Positions 9,794 through 18,401 of a stretch of DNA of 64,000 nt are shown here, piece by piece. This DNA comes from Candidatus Moraniibacteriota bacterium. GTDB lineage: Bacteria > Patescibacteriota > Minisyncoccia > Moranbacterales > UBA1568. The stretch lies in assembly GCA_963743885.1 (NCBI GenBank), contig CAVURJ010000001.1, positions 355,173 through 419,172 on the forward strand, given 5' to 3'. The notes under the pieces are model-generated. The model saw only the letters and a list, made by a program, of their open reading frames with translations. It ran no database searches and was not told where the DNA came from. The number at the start of each line of letters is the position of its first letter. Positions within the stretch are counted from its first letter, which is position 1. The translations under genes were made by a program, and so were the position numbers.

Positions 9794-10867
9794 ATGGGAG
9801 GAAAAAAAACAAACGTATCAGTCATGACGAAGGAGCAATGCAAGGCACGTCTCGATGAGATCGCGTTGCTTTCAATCGGCGCGCTTGGCGATGATGAGGC
9901 GTTCGCTATCATCAAGGAGCGCAAGGAGCTCGAGAAGCTTTTTATCGAGCTTGAGCATGCTGAAGAAGCGGCAGCTCAGGCGGCGCGCCTTGAAAACGAG
10001 GCGTCCAATCTCGTAGCCTCTATCGAAGAGCTGAACCGGTCTATTGTGCCAGATAAGTCCGACGAGGAGCTTTTAGCGCTTATCGGAAGGCGGAAGGAGC
10101 TCGAAGCCAAATTGAAAGCCATTGATACTGGACGTGTATCGCGCATGCTCGTTTCCAAACCAGTGTCTGTTGCTATCGAGATGGATGCTGCTGTGCCAGA
10201 ATTTGCCACTGGCTCTGCTGAGGATCCTGTTGCTGCTGATCCAGTGATAGATACTGAGGAATCGGTAGCGGAATCGGGATCAGCTGACAGAGAAGAGGGT
10301 ATTTCGGTCCGGCAGACACCGGAAGATTTCGGTGACGAGGGTATTCGAATCAATCCGCTCGAAGTGACCGGTGAGTTTAAACAGTATCTCGATGGTATCC
10401 AGGGTCATCTTGATTCGCTTGGTCCGTATCTTCAGCGCTTGCCGGCAACTGCTAGAGCGAATAAGCATTTTATGCTCAAGGCCGCCGAGACCGACCCTGC
10501 CTACGTGATGCATTATGCTGATCCGGCGCTCAAGAGCGATGAGGATTTTTGTACGCGCGTAGCGGCGATGCCGAACAAGCGAAATTCCGGCAATGCGCTG
10601 GCTGAGATGGATCCGGTTGGCCGTACCGGCAAGACGGTCATGGCTGGTGTGAAGCAGGATTATCGCAATATCCGTTTCGCGTTGCCAAATATGGAGGGAT
10701 ACCGCGAGATGCTCGAGATCGCGAAGCGCGGCGCGCTCCACAAGATACAGGAATTGAAGGATGGCGCTGATGTGATGTTGCTCGTGCCGAAGGTCCTCCA
10801 GAAAGACCAGGAATTTATGCGCCAGGTGAACGCTATTGCTTCGCCGGAAGGGGATTCATCGAAATAG
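9794..10867 (+). CDS. hypothetical protein (coiled-coil N-terminus, acidic linker, C-terminal DUF4116-like repeats)
   Basis: 357-aa ORF with good RBS (aggagg); no recognisable catalytic motifs. Confidence 0.6.
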   Translation: MGGKKTNVSVMTKEQCKARLDEIALLSIGALGDDEAFAIIKERKELEKLFIELEHAEEAAAQAARLENEASNLVASIEELNRSIVPDKSDEELLALIGRRKELEAKLKAIDTGRVSRMLVSKPVSVAIEMDAAVPEFATGSAEDPVAADPVIDTEESVAESGSADREEGISVRQTPEDFGDEGIRINPLEVTGEFKQYLDGIQGHLDSLGPYLQRLPATARANKHFMLKAAETDPAYVMHYADPALKSDEDFCTRVAAMPNKRNSGNALAEMDPVGRTGKTVMAGVKQDYRNIRFALPNMEGYREMLEIAKRGALHKIQELKDGADVMLLVPKVLQKDQEFMRQVNAIASPEGDSSK

Positions 10868-10880
10868 CAGACCAAGTCCC

Positions 10881-12473
10881 ATGTACGATATTCTTATCAG
10901 GAACGGGATCGTGGTAGACGGCAGCGGGCGCCCTATGTACCGCTCGGACGTCGCGATCAATGAGGACCGTATCGCCGCGATGGGCGATCTTTCGCATGCG
11001 CATGCGGAGCGTATTATCGAGGCCGATGGGAAATATGTCGTCCCTGGTTTCGTTGATATTAACAATCATTCCGATACATACTGGCAGCTTTTCGCTGCTC
11101 CGGATCTTGAGAGTCTGCTCCGGCAGGGCGTGACGACTATCATCGGTGGCAATTCAGGTTCATCACTTGCGCCGCTTACTGATCGGAGCGTCATCCGTTC
11201 CATTCAGAAGTGGACTGATGTCGAGAAGATCAATTTCAATTGGCTCTCGATGGAAGAGTTCCTTGCCGAGACTGAGCATCGCCGGCCGAGGCTCAATTTC
11301 GCGACACTTGTCGGCCATGGTACGATTCGCCGCGGCGCGATGAAGGATGAGACACGCACGATCACGCCGGATGAAATCGATATTATGCAGGATCTGCTCA
11401 AGCAATCGCTCAAAGATGGAGCGATCGGGCTTTCGACCGGCCTCAAATACACGCATGCTCGCGGGACTGGCATCCGGGAGCTCGTCGCGCTTACCAAGAC
11501 GGTGGTTGGTCAGAAAGGCGTCTACGTGACCTATGTCCGCGATGAGGAGGAGGGACTGGTCAAGTCGGTGGAGGAAGCGATCACGGTCGCTCGTGAGACC
11601 GGGGCGCCGCTCCACATCTCGCACCTCAAAGCGGTCAGTGAGAAGAACTGGCACCTTATGGACGAGGCGCTCAATCTGATCGAGACGGCGGCGCTCAATG
11701 ATATCAAAGTGACATTCGATGTCTATCCGTATATCACGACCGGTTCGGTGCTCTATACGCTTTTGCCGGAGTGGGTCACACAGGATGGCCGCAAGATGAT
11801 GCTCGAGCGTCTCAAAGATATGCAGGTGCGGAGCGCTGTCATCCGCGATATGAAGAAACGCGGGACTGATTATTCGAAGGTGCTCGTCTCTACCTCGACG
11901 CTCTCCAAGATGATGACACATCGTAAGATCTCTGATATCGCACTCCTTCAGGGTAAGTCGCCGGAAGAGACGGTCGTTGATTTTCTTATCGCGTCGGCTG
12001 GCCGGGCAATCGTATCAATGGAAGTGCTCTCGCCTCGCAATGTCCGCCGTGCTATCCAGCATCCATTTTCGATCATTTCGAGCAATGGCGTCGGTTACAG
12101 CGTGACGCACAAGGAGACGGGGGAGTTGGTACATCCACGCAATTTTGGTACCTTTCCCAAGGTGCTCGCCCAGTATGTACGTGAGGAGAAGGCGCTCTCC
12201 TGGGAAGAAGCGATTCATAAGATGAGCGGCAAGCCAGCGATGAAGTTCAGTCTGGAGAAGCGCGGCATGATCCAAGAGGGATATTTCGCCGATGTCGTCA
12301 TTCTCGATCCGGAGACCGTGGCGGACAATGCGACCATGGAGGACCCGTACCAGTATCCTGACGGTATCTCGCATGTCATTGTGAACGGCCGGCTCTCTCT
12401 TGAGAACGGCGTTCTGGTCGGCGAGCGTACCGGCACCGTACTTCGGAGGAAGAAGAAGCTGTTTGAGTGGTAG
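10881..12473 (+). CDS. N-acyl-D-amino-acid deacylase (D-aminoacylase), amidohydrolase superfamily
   Basis: MYDILIRNGIVVDGSG...VVPGFVDINNHSD N-terminus typical of D-aminoacylases; the ORF-track start 10836 overlaps the preceding gene, so the internal Met at 10881 was chosen. Confidence 0.8.
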   Translation: MYDILIRNGIVVDGSGRPMYRSDVAINEDRIAAMGDLSHAHAERIIEADGKYVVPGFVDINNHSDTYWQLFAAPDLESLLRQGVTTIIGGNSGSSLAPLTDRSVIRSIQKWTDVEKINFNWLSMEEFLAETEHRRPRLNFATLVGHGTIRRGAMKDETRTITPDEIDIMQDLLKQSLKDGAIGLSTGLKYTHARGTGIRELVALTKTVVGQKGVYVTYVRDEEEGLVKSVEEAITVARETGAPLHISHLKAVSEKNWHLMDEALNLIETAALNDIKVTFDVYPYITTGSVLYTLLPEWVTQDGRKMMLERLKDMQVRSAVIRDMKKRGTDYSKVLVSTSTLSKMMTHRKISDIALLQGKSPEETVVDFLIASAGRAIVSMEVLSPRNVRRAIQHPFSIISSNGVGYSVTHKETGELVHPRNFGTFPKVLAQYVREEKALSWEEAIHKMSGKPAMKFSLEKRGMIQEGYFADVVILDPETVADNATMEDPYQYPDGISHVIVNGRLSLENGVLVGERTGTVLRRKKKLFEW

Positions 12474-12563
12474 CAAATAAAATTTTTGTAATTTTGTAAT
12501 TTAAAATTTTAAAAGAATGTCCTAATATCTTAATTTTTTGAGTATTTGGAAATTCAAAAATTA

Positions 12564-12656
12564 TTACCAAGTGTAGTGAGTGAAACGAGAACTTGCTCTC
12601 GTTTCCGAGCGCAGCGCAGGTAAAATCGGGTCAATACCCCGCAGCTTGCTGCGGGG
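12564..12656 (+). repeat. conserved intergenic element R1 (two hairpins plus a GTAAAAT box); copies at 31544 and 47337
   Basis: about 90 nt alignable to 31544..31622 with compensatory changes in hairpin gaaacgaga..tctcgtttc versus gaaacgaaa..tttcgtttc. Confidence 0.6.
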
Positions 12657-12801
12657 AAGGCAAGCGAAGCTTGTCTGCAATGCGGGTCTTGCCCCGCGGT
12701 GCAATACTTGTTATTTTAAAATTTAGAATTTGAAATTAAAAATTTAAAAGCTCCTTTCCTGGGGGTATTTTTTTATTGTCTGAAAAGGTGTAGAATGACG
12801 G

Positions 12802-14223
12802 GTGTCTGAAGCGAAATATATGCAACCAGAATCATTTTTCAAGGGAAAGAAAGTGACAGTGTTCGGTCTTGGCCTCAATATGGGAGGCGTAGGGACGGTC
12901 CGTTTTTTGGCTGAGCATGGAGCTCGTGAGATCGTCGTGACCGACATCAAGACGCGTGAAGAGCTCGCGCCTTCCATGGAAAAACTCGCGAAATACAAGC
13001 AGATCACTTATGTGCTCGGCCAACATCGGCCGGAGGATTTTTCGCATACGGACATGGTGATTAAGAATCCGGGTATTCCATGGACGAATGAATACATACG
13101 GGCGGCGGAGCAGGCCGGTGTGCCGGTCGAGATGGATTCGAGTCTCTTCTTCCGATTTTCTAAGGCACCGATCATTGGTGTGACCGGGACTAAGGGCAAG
13201 ACGACTACGGCGAGCCTGATAGCACATATCCTCCAGGCGGCGGGACGCGATGTCGTGCGCGCTGGCATCGGTCAGGTCGGCGTACTGTCCGTGCTCGAGA
13301 AGATTTCGCCGGAGAGCGTCGTCGTCTTCGAGCTTTCTTCATGGCGGCTTTCAGCGCTCGGTCGCATTAAGAAGAGTCCGCATATCGCTGTCCTCACCAA
13401 TCTCTATCCTGACCACCTCAACTATTACGGCACGATGAAGGCGTATGCTGATGATAAGCGGTATATCTTCTCGTCGCAAAAGGGGAAAGATATACTGATT
13501 GCCAATGCTGATAACGGATTTGTCCGAGATATGGCGCAGGATGCACCGGGAGAGCTCGTATGGTTTTCAGAGGCGGGTCTGGCGGATGGCGATGGTGTCT
13601 GGTACTCCGATGGCGTGCTGTTTGCCCGAGTGCAGGGTAAGGAAAGCGTGCTCCTGCCGATCGAGAAGGTACCGCTCAAGGGAAGGCATAATATTGGCAA
13701 TGTGCTGGCGGCAGCCGGGGCGGCGCTTGCGGCTGGACTTTCTGTCGAGGAAGTCCGCTCCGGTATCGAGAGCTTTCAGGGCGTACCGCATCGTCTCGAG
13801 CGTATCGCCGAGAAGGGCGGCGTCCAGTATTTCAATGATACGGCGGCGACGATTCCGGAGGCGGCGATTGCGGCGCTTCGGGCGTTCGATCAGCCGGTCA
13901 TCCTTATTGCGGGCGGGAGCGATAAGCGGCTCGAGTTCGGCGCGTTCGCAGATGAGATCCTGGCGCGCTCCAAGGCACTCATCCTTTTCAAGGGTGTCGC
14001 GACGGATAAGCTGGTCCAGGCGCTGAGAGAGCGTCTGCCGGAAAGCGAGAAGGAGCGGAGGTTCGTCGTGGTGGAGAGCATGGGCAAGGCAGTGGAGTTT
14101 GCTGCCCGCGGCGCCGAGCCAGGAGATACTGTGTTGTTGTCGCCGGGCGCGGCGAGCTTCGGGCTGTTCCGCAACGAGTTCGATCGTGGCGAGCAGTTCT
14201 CCGCTCGGGTGAAGGAGTTGTAA
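12802..14223 (+). CDS. murD: UDP-N-acetylmuramoyl-L-alanine--D-glutamate ligase
   Basis: GVTGTKGKTTT P-loop and overall Mur ligase architecture; N-terminal Rossmann motif VFGLGLNMGG. Confidence 0.9.
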   Translation: MSEAKYMQPESFFKGKKVTVFGLGLNMGGVGTVRFLAEHGAREIVVTDIKTREELAPSMEKLAKYKQITYVLGQHRPEDFSHTDMVIKNPGIPWTNEYIRAAEQAGVPVEMDSSLFFRFSKAPIIGVTGTKGKTTTASLIAHILQAAGRDVVRAGIGQVGVLSVLEKISPESVVVFELSSWRLSALGRIKKSPHIAVLTNLYPDHLNYYGTMKAYADDKRYIFSSQKGKDILIANADNGFVRDMAQDAPGELVWFSEAGLADGDGVWYSDGVLFARVQGKESVLLPIEKVPLKGRHNIGNVLAAAGAALAAGLSVEEVRSGIESFQGVPHRLERIAEKGGVQYFNDTAATIPEAAIAALRAFDQPVILIAGGSDKRLEFGAFADEILARSKALILFKGVATDKLVQALRERLPESEKERRFVVVESMGKAVEFAARGAEPGDTVLLSPGAASFGLFRNEFDRGEQFSARVKEL

Positions 14224-14236
14224 GATTTTCTTTGAA

Positions 14237-14270
14237 ATACCCCTTTTAAAAGGGGTATTTTTTGTTTTTT
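14237..14270 (+). terminator. rho-independent terminator after murD (the hairpin is also a TACCCC/GGGGTA palindrome)
   Basis: ataccccttttaaaaggggtat followed by a T-run. Confidence 0.75.
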
Positions 14271-14280
14271 TAAATAGGAG

Positions 14281-14347
14281 TTGACAGTATATACCCCCAT
14301 GGGGTACTATATATGTATACCATAAGGGGGTATAGGTATAATAAGGA
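14281..14347 (+). promoter_or_regulatory. promoter region with TTGACA(14281)-18-TACTAT and a second TATAAT (about 14342), overlapped by two TACCC-N-GGGTA palindromes
   Basis: ttgacagtatatacccccatggggtactatat...tataccataagggggtataggtataat; the palindromes resemble CsoR/RcnR-family operator architecture. Confidence 0.55.
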
Positions 14348-14376
14348 GTTCTTTATAAACCAAGGAGGAATCAATC

Positions 14377-14814
14377 ATGTGTCATGCAACGAATCCGGAA
14401 GTCTGGTTTCGTCCCAACTCCAGGCTCAGTCTTGATAGGCTGGTCGGTCTTATGCGATCGGGTGAACTCGTCGCTACGCCCCGTCTTGGTATCCGTGACA
14501 GACATCATCCGAAAGGATATGTTCCAGGACAGCGCGTGACACTCAGGGTGTTCGACGCCGCTGGAGCGGAACGGCTCACTGCGAGCATCAAAGTGGAGCA
14601 TCTCTGCATCAAGCCGCTCTCGCGGCTTACGAAGCAGGATCTTCTTGGTACGATGATGTACGATGACTGGCATCAGATCCAGTCTGACCTCTCGGGTTTT
14701 GAGGGAAAGGTCCTTGATGAGGAGAATATGGTTACGATCGTAGCCTTTTCCTATGTTCATCCGTTGATAACAAATAAGGAGAAAGACTATGGCGACTATC
14801 GGATCGCTTGCTGA
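14377..14814 (+). CDS. hypothetical protein, possible ASCH/PUA-like domain
   Basis: 145 aa; LMRSGELVATPR...GQRVTL resembles the ASCH core; weak. Confidence 0.45.
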   Translation: MCHATNPEVWFRPNSRLSLDRLVGLMRSGELVATPRLGIRDRHHPKGYVPGQRVTLRVFDAAGAERLTASIKVEHLCIKPLSRLTKQDLLGTMMYDDWHQIQSDLSGFEGKVLDEENMVTIVAFSYVHPLITNKEKDYGDYRIAC

Positions 14815-15793
14815 GAATGGTGTCATTACGGTGGCTTCGCAGCCGCCGAAGAATGGCGAGCTGTCCGGTTCCGGACCGCTTGTCATTCCGCTCATCGCGG
14901 AAGATTATCCCGCGAAGACGGCGGTAATGTGGAATGCTGCTTTCAAGGCTTTTGGGTTGCAAGATAGGAACGCCATGGTAATAGCCGATCCTCTTCAGGC
15001 TGGCGAGATCCTCGAGGCATTTCGGAAGGACCCGAGATATATCGGCGGGGGCGCCGGTGTCGGCTTCAAGGAGGCAGTTGTTGCACATCTTGATGCTGTC
15101 GAACCAATCGCGCAAGCGATGGGTTCGGTCAATATCATCAGGAAAATTGATGGCCGTCTCGTGGGGAGCAATACCGATGGAGCCGGGTACGTGGCGAGCT
15201 TGGAGCGATTGTTTCCAGAGGCATCCGTCGAGAGGAAGCATATCCTGATGCTCGGTGCTGGCGGTACCGGTCGCGCGATCGCGTTCTTTCTCGCTCGAAA
15301 AGGCGCGCGGATTAGTATCGTGAACCGGACTGTCGAAAAGGCGGTCGAGCTCGCGAGCGCCGTGAATGCATTCGTCTCAACGGAAGCCGCAAGGGGCTTT
15401 GGGCGCGAACATATCGGCGAGTTGATCCCGTCTGCTGATGCCGTCGTATCGGTCATCGATGACGCTCATTCGCCGCTTGATGAGTACTCGACGCTCGGGA
15501 GCATGGCGCTACCGATTACTGAAGCATCTGTGCTCGCCAATCGGCAGGAAACGGCAGATCTGCTTGCATCTGCGAGGCCCGGACTCGTTGTATCGGATAT
15601 CCGGATCCGGAAATCCGAGACGGCGATGCTTCGGCAGGCACGAGAAGCGGGATTTGCCGTGCTGAATGGTATTCCGATGGTTATCAACCAGGGTGTCCAG
15701 GCATTCTGGTGGATCTATGGTGATACGCTTTCTTCTCGGGGTGTTTCCGAGCAGGATGTAGAGCACATCATGAGAGATGCCGCTTCTTGGTGA
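14789..15793 (+). CDS. aroE: shikimate dehydrogenase family protein
   Basis: substrate-binding N-domain (VMWNAAFKAFGL), NTDGAG and LGAGGTGRA NADP-binding motifs; overlaps the upstream gene by 26 nt. Confidence 0.75.
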   Translation: MATIGSLAENGVITVASQPPKNGELSGSGPLVIPLIAEDYPAKTAVMWNAAFKAFGLQDRNAMVIADPLQAGEILEAFRKDPRYIGGGAGVGFKEAVVAHLDAVEPIAQAMGSVNIIRKIDGRLVGSNTDGAGYVASLERLFPEASVERKHILMLGAGGTGRAIAFFLARKGARISIVNRTVEKAVELASAVNAFVSTEAARGFGREHIGELIPSADAVVSVIDDAHSPLDEYSTLGSMALPITEASVLANRQETADLLASARPGLVVSDIRIRKSETAMLRQAREAGFAVLNGIPMVINQGVQAFWWIYGDTLSSRGVSEQDVEHIMRDAASW

Positions 15794-15812
15794 ATAGCTG
15801 CAGCGCAGCGAA

Positions 15813-15847
15813 GGGAGAATCTTTCGAGATTCTCCCGATTCTTTTTT
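15813..15847 (+). terminator. rho-independent terminator after the aroE-like gene
   Basis: perfect hairpin gggagaatctttcgagattctccc followed by TTTTTT. Confidence 0.75.
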
Positions 15848-15876
15848 CAGGGTTGATATTTTTTTTCAAGCGATGT

Positions 15877-15891
15877 ATCCTTTACCCTAGA
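15877..15891. promoter_or_regulatory. TACCCTAGAGGGGTA palindrome (CsoR-family operator-like) just upstream of the csoR-like gene
   Basis: GC-tract inverted repeat flanked by TA, 30 nt upstream of ORF 15924. Confidence 0.5.
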
Positions 15892-15923
15892 GGGGTATAT
15901 CTTAATTCGAATGCCGTATTATT

Positions 15924-16181
15924 ATGCCAAAAGCATCAACGAAGCCGGAACAAGAGAAGATTCTCGACCGCATATCTAGGATAGAAGGACAGCTCAAGGG
16001 CATCCGCCGCATGGTGGAGGGCGGGAAGGAGTGTCTTGATATCATCACGCAGATCAGCGCTATCCGCGAAGCGGTGGCAATGCTCGGTGTAGAGCTTCTC
16101 CGGAATGATTTCGTCTGCAAGTGGGAAGGGAAGAAGAAGATCGACGAAGCCTATCTCAAGTCTCTCTTCAAGATGCAGTAA
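15924..16181 (+). CDS. CsoR/RcnR/FrmR-family (DUF156) transcriptional repressor
   Basis: 85 aa; IEGQLKGIRRMVEGGKECLDIITQISAIREAVAMLG matches the CsoR-family helix alpha1-alpha2 signature; second Cys present (FVCK) but no His in the usual H-x-x-x-C position. Confidence 0.8.
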   Translation: MPKASTKPEQEKILDRISRIEGQLKGIRRMVEGGKECLDIITQISAIREAVAMLGVELLRNDFVCKWEGKKKIDEAYLKSLFKMQ

Positions 16182-16198
16182 TCATTTTTTTCAAGCAT

Positions 16199-17122
16199 AT
16201 GTACGATATTATCATCATCGGTGGGGGGCCGGGCGGAGTAGCAGCCGGTGTCTATGCGGCTCGCAAGCAGATGAAAGCGCTTCTCATCACGGAGAATTTC
16301 CTTTCGCAGTCGGCGGTCTCGGCGAGCATCGAGAACTGGATTGGCACCGTGACTATCCCAGGGTATGAGTTTGCACAGTCTCTTGAGAAGCATCTGCGGG
16401 CTCAGGAGGGGATCGAAATCAAGACTGAAGACCGGGTAGCGAAGGTAGAGGAGATCGCTTCCGGTGGGTATGCGGTCACGACCGTGAAAGGCGAACGCTA
16501 CGAGACCAAGACGATCGTCATCGCGGCCGGCGGCCGGCATCGCCATCTCGAGGTGCCGGGCGAGGAGAAGTTCGTCGGCAAGGGTGTCGTATTCTGCTCG
16601 ACGTGCGATGCACCGTTCTTCCGCAGCAAGCGGGCGGTCGTCGTAGGGAGTGGCAACTCAGCGCTTGAGGCAGTGGAGGATCTCTTGCCGTATGCGAGCG
16701 AGATTACGCTCCTTGTCCGTTCGGGCGAGCTGAAGGGTGATCAGGTGACGCGTGAGAAGATCCTGGCTGATAGCCGTGTGAAGGCCATCTTTTTCGGAAC
16801 GACGAAGGAGATCCTGGGTGAAGAAAAACTCACAGGACTCCGCTATCTCGATACGCAGTCGAATGAGGAGAAGGTCATCGAGACCGATGGTGTCTTCGTG
16901 GAGATCGGCATGCTGCCGAATACGGAATTTGTGAAGGGCTTGGTCGATCTCAATGAGCGTGGCGAGATTATCCTTGATCATCGGACCAAAGCGACGTCGA
17001 AGCCCGGTATTTTTGCGGCGGGCGATGCGACCGATGCACCGTACAAACAGAACAATATTTCTGCCGGTGAAGGCGTCGTCGCAGCACTCTCGGCGTATGA
17101 CTTTGTGCGGAAAGGGAAATAA
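16199..17122 (+). CDS. trxB: thioredoxin-disulfide reductase
   Basis: YDIIIIGGGPGG FAD motif, CSTC redox-active pair region, second GSGNSA NADPH motif; start chosen at the internal Met of ORF 16121. Confidence 0.85.
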   Translation: MYDIIIIGGGPGGVAAGVYAARKQMKALLITENFLSQSAVSASIENWIGTVTIPGYEFAQSLEKHLRAQEGIEIKTEDRVAKVEEIASGGYAVTTVKGERYETKTIVIAAGGRHRHLEVPGEEKFVGKGVVFCSTCDAPFFRSKRAVVVGSGNSALEAVEDLLPYASEITLLVRSGELKGDQVTREKILADSRVKAIFFGTTKEILGEEKLTGLRYLDTQSNEEKVIETDGVFVEIGMLPNTEFVKGLVDLNERGEIILDHRTKATSKPGIFAAGDATDAPYKQNNISAGEGVVAALSAYDFVRKGK

Positions 17123-17138
17123 TCTTAAGGAAGAACGA

Positions 17139-17166
17139 AGAGGGGTTTGTATGCCCCTCTTTTTTG
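17139..17166 (+). terminator. rho-independent terminator after trxB
   Basis: agaggggtttgtatgcccctct followed by TTTTTT. Confidence 0.75.
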
Positions 17167-17216
17167 ATATATTCTTCCATTTTTTTCATTCCACCTAGAG
17201 CCACTTCCTACGTAAT

Positions 17217-17372
17217 CTCCCACCCGGAAACTCTTTTCTCGAGCAAAAGGAAACTCGAATGGCTTGTTTCTAACGAAGCTCTTCCCTCCCTCTTCACGAC
17301 CTAAGGAATAGCTTCGAGAAACAAGCCCTTCTCAGACAGTCCTTTTGCCTCAAAAAGACATCCGGGTGGGAG
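17217..17372 (+). repeat. structured repeat element, C family, copy 1 (candidate ncRNA); core about 156 nt
   Basis: aligns to 27518..27673 with compensatory substitutions in three nested stems (ctcccacccgg/ccgggtgggag versus ctcccgcccag/ctgggcgggag, and others). Confidence 0.65.
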
Positions 17373-17696
17373 ATGCCTTTTCAAAATATTTCTACTTATT
17401 TAGAGGTTAAACTTCTAAGCAGAAGAATTTTTTGGCAGCGCCAGAGACCCAGGAAACACGTCTGCGGGGGCGGAATCGCCTCGTCCCCATTTCTGGAAAA
17501 ACAGAAGGAAATCCTTGATAAGATGGATAGATAAAAGAGGCTTCGAAAGCCTCTTTTATGGCGCCATTCGCGACCCTTTACAGAATCGAAAAAATGTGCT
17601 ATAATGGAATGTTTGTGGAGATGCTGAGAGGCATATCCGGAACCGCCATCTTTCCGGGCGTATCGGAAAAATGTATCTTGAAAAGGAGATGACGCC

Positions 17697-18323
17697 ATGG
17701 AAACCCATGTCCCCATCGAAAGTGTTACCCCTGGTCAAGCGGGGAAGCTGTACGACATGTTCGTCGCGAGCTTGTGCAAGAGCGGCGCTCAAAAGGAGCC
17801 CTCGCAACAAGTGATCGAACATCAGGGCACGCAGGTGGTTCGCGATATGGTGGCCGTGTTCTGCAAATATGTGGAAGCGATTAGCAACTTAATCGTCCGT
17901 CACGCCACTGTGAATCGCACCCGCACCCCGACGGAAGCGATCGATGCGACTGGTCGGAACAAGTATCTTACCGATGATGTCGTCAAGACGATGCCACGAG
18001 GCGAGGGCGACGAAGTGGACGTGGTCTTCTTCAAGCCCGACGAGTCGGCATACGACAAGCATGGCCTGATCAGCGACGACGAGGTCGCCAGGCAGTACGA
18101 GCTGCGCGGTTTCAAGCCCGCTGACCCGTATGCGCTCGCTGCCGTCAACGAGGCCGATCCGGCGTTTGCTGATGAGCATCCCAATGGTACTCATTGGCAG
18201 GATGCGAATGGCAACTGGTGCTATGCGGCCTTCGGTCGGTGGCGCGACGAGCGTGGCGTGCACGTCCACCGGCACGGCTACGACTGGCGTGGCCGCTGGT
18301 GGTTCGCTGGCCTGCGCAAGTAG
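17697..18323 (+). CDS. DGR target (variable) protein; C-terminal variable repeat, probable C-type-lectin-fold ligand-binding domain
   Basis: 208-aa ORF with RBS aaggag; C-terminal 32 codons are homologous to the template repeat 18742..18839 with adenine-specific differences; ends ...WWFAGLRK. Confidence 0.8.
   Translation: METHVPIESVTPGQAGKLYDMFVASLCKSGAQKEPSQQVIEHQGTQVVRDMVAVFCKYVEAISNLIVRHATVNRTRTPTEAIDATGRNKYLTDDVVKTMPRGEGDEVDVVFFKPDESAYDKHGLISDDEVARQYELRGFKPADPYALAAVNEADPAFADEHPNGTHWQDANGNWCYAAFGRWRDERGVHVHRHGYDWRGRWWFAGLRK
18223..18320 (+). repeat. DGR variable repeat (VR), about 96 bp, at the 3' end of the target gene
   Basis: about 80% identical to the TR; every internal difference lies at a TR adenine; shared 3' block tggtggttcgctggcctgcgcaa is a candidate IMH. 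Confidence 0.85.
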
Positions 18324-18369
18324 TCCTCTGGACTTTGGATTTTGCTCTGACCTTTGAGCTTAGTCCTTA

Positions 18370-18401
18370 GCCCTTTGACCCCGCATTTTACCAACATGGT
18401 A
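18370..18401 (+). terminator. GC-rich hairpin plus T-run downstream of the VR (terminator and/or DGR homing-associated hairpin)
   Basis: ccccgca-N17-tgcgggg followed by tttcatttttt, about 50 nt after the target-gene stop. Confidence 0.5.

Noticed and set aside
10836-10880. The upstream start (10836) for the D-aminoacylase ORF
   Set aside because: It overlaps the previous gene by 32 nt, and the family N-terminus begins at MYDILIRNG; the internal ATG at 10881 was chosen.
12776-12796. A TTGTCT...TAGAAT promoter upstream of murD
   Set aside because: Spacing between the hexamers is only about 9 nt. The upstream R1 element with its GTAAAAT box is a more plausible promoter candidate.
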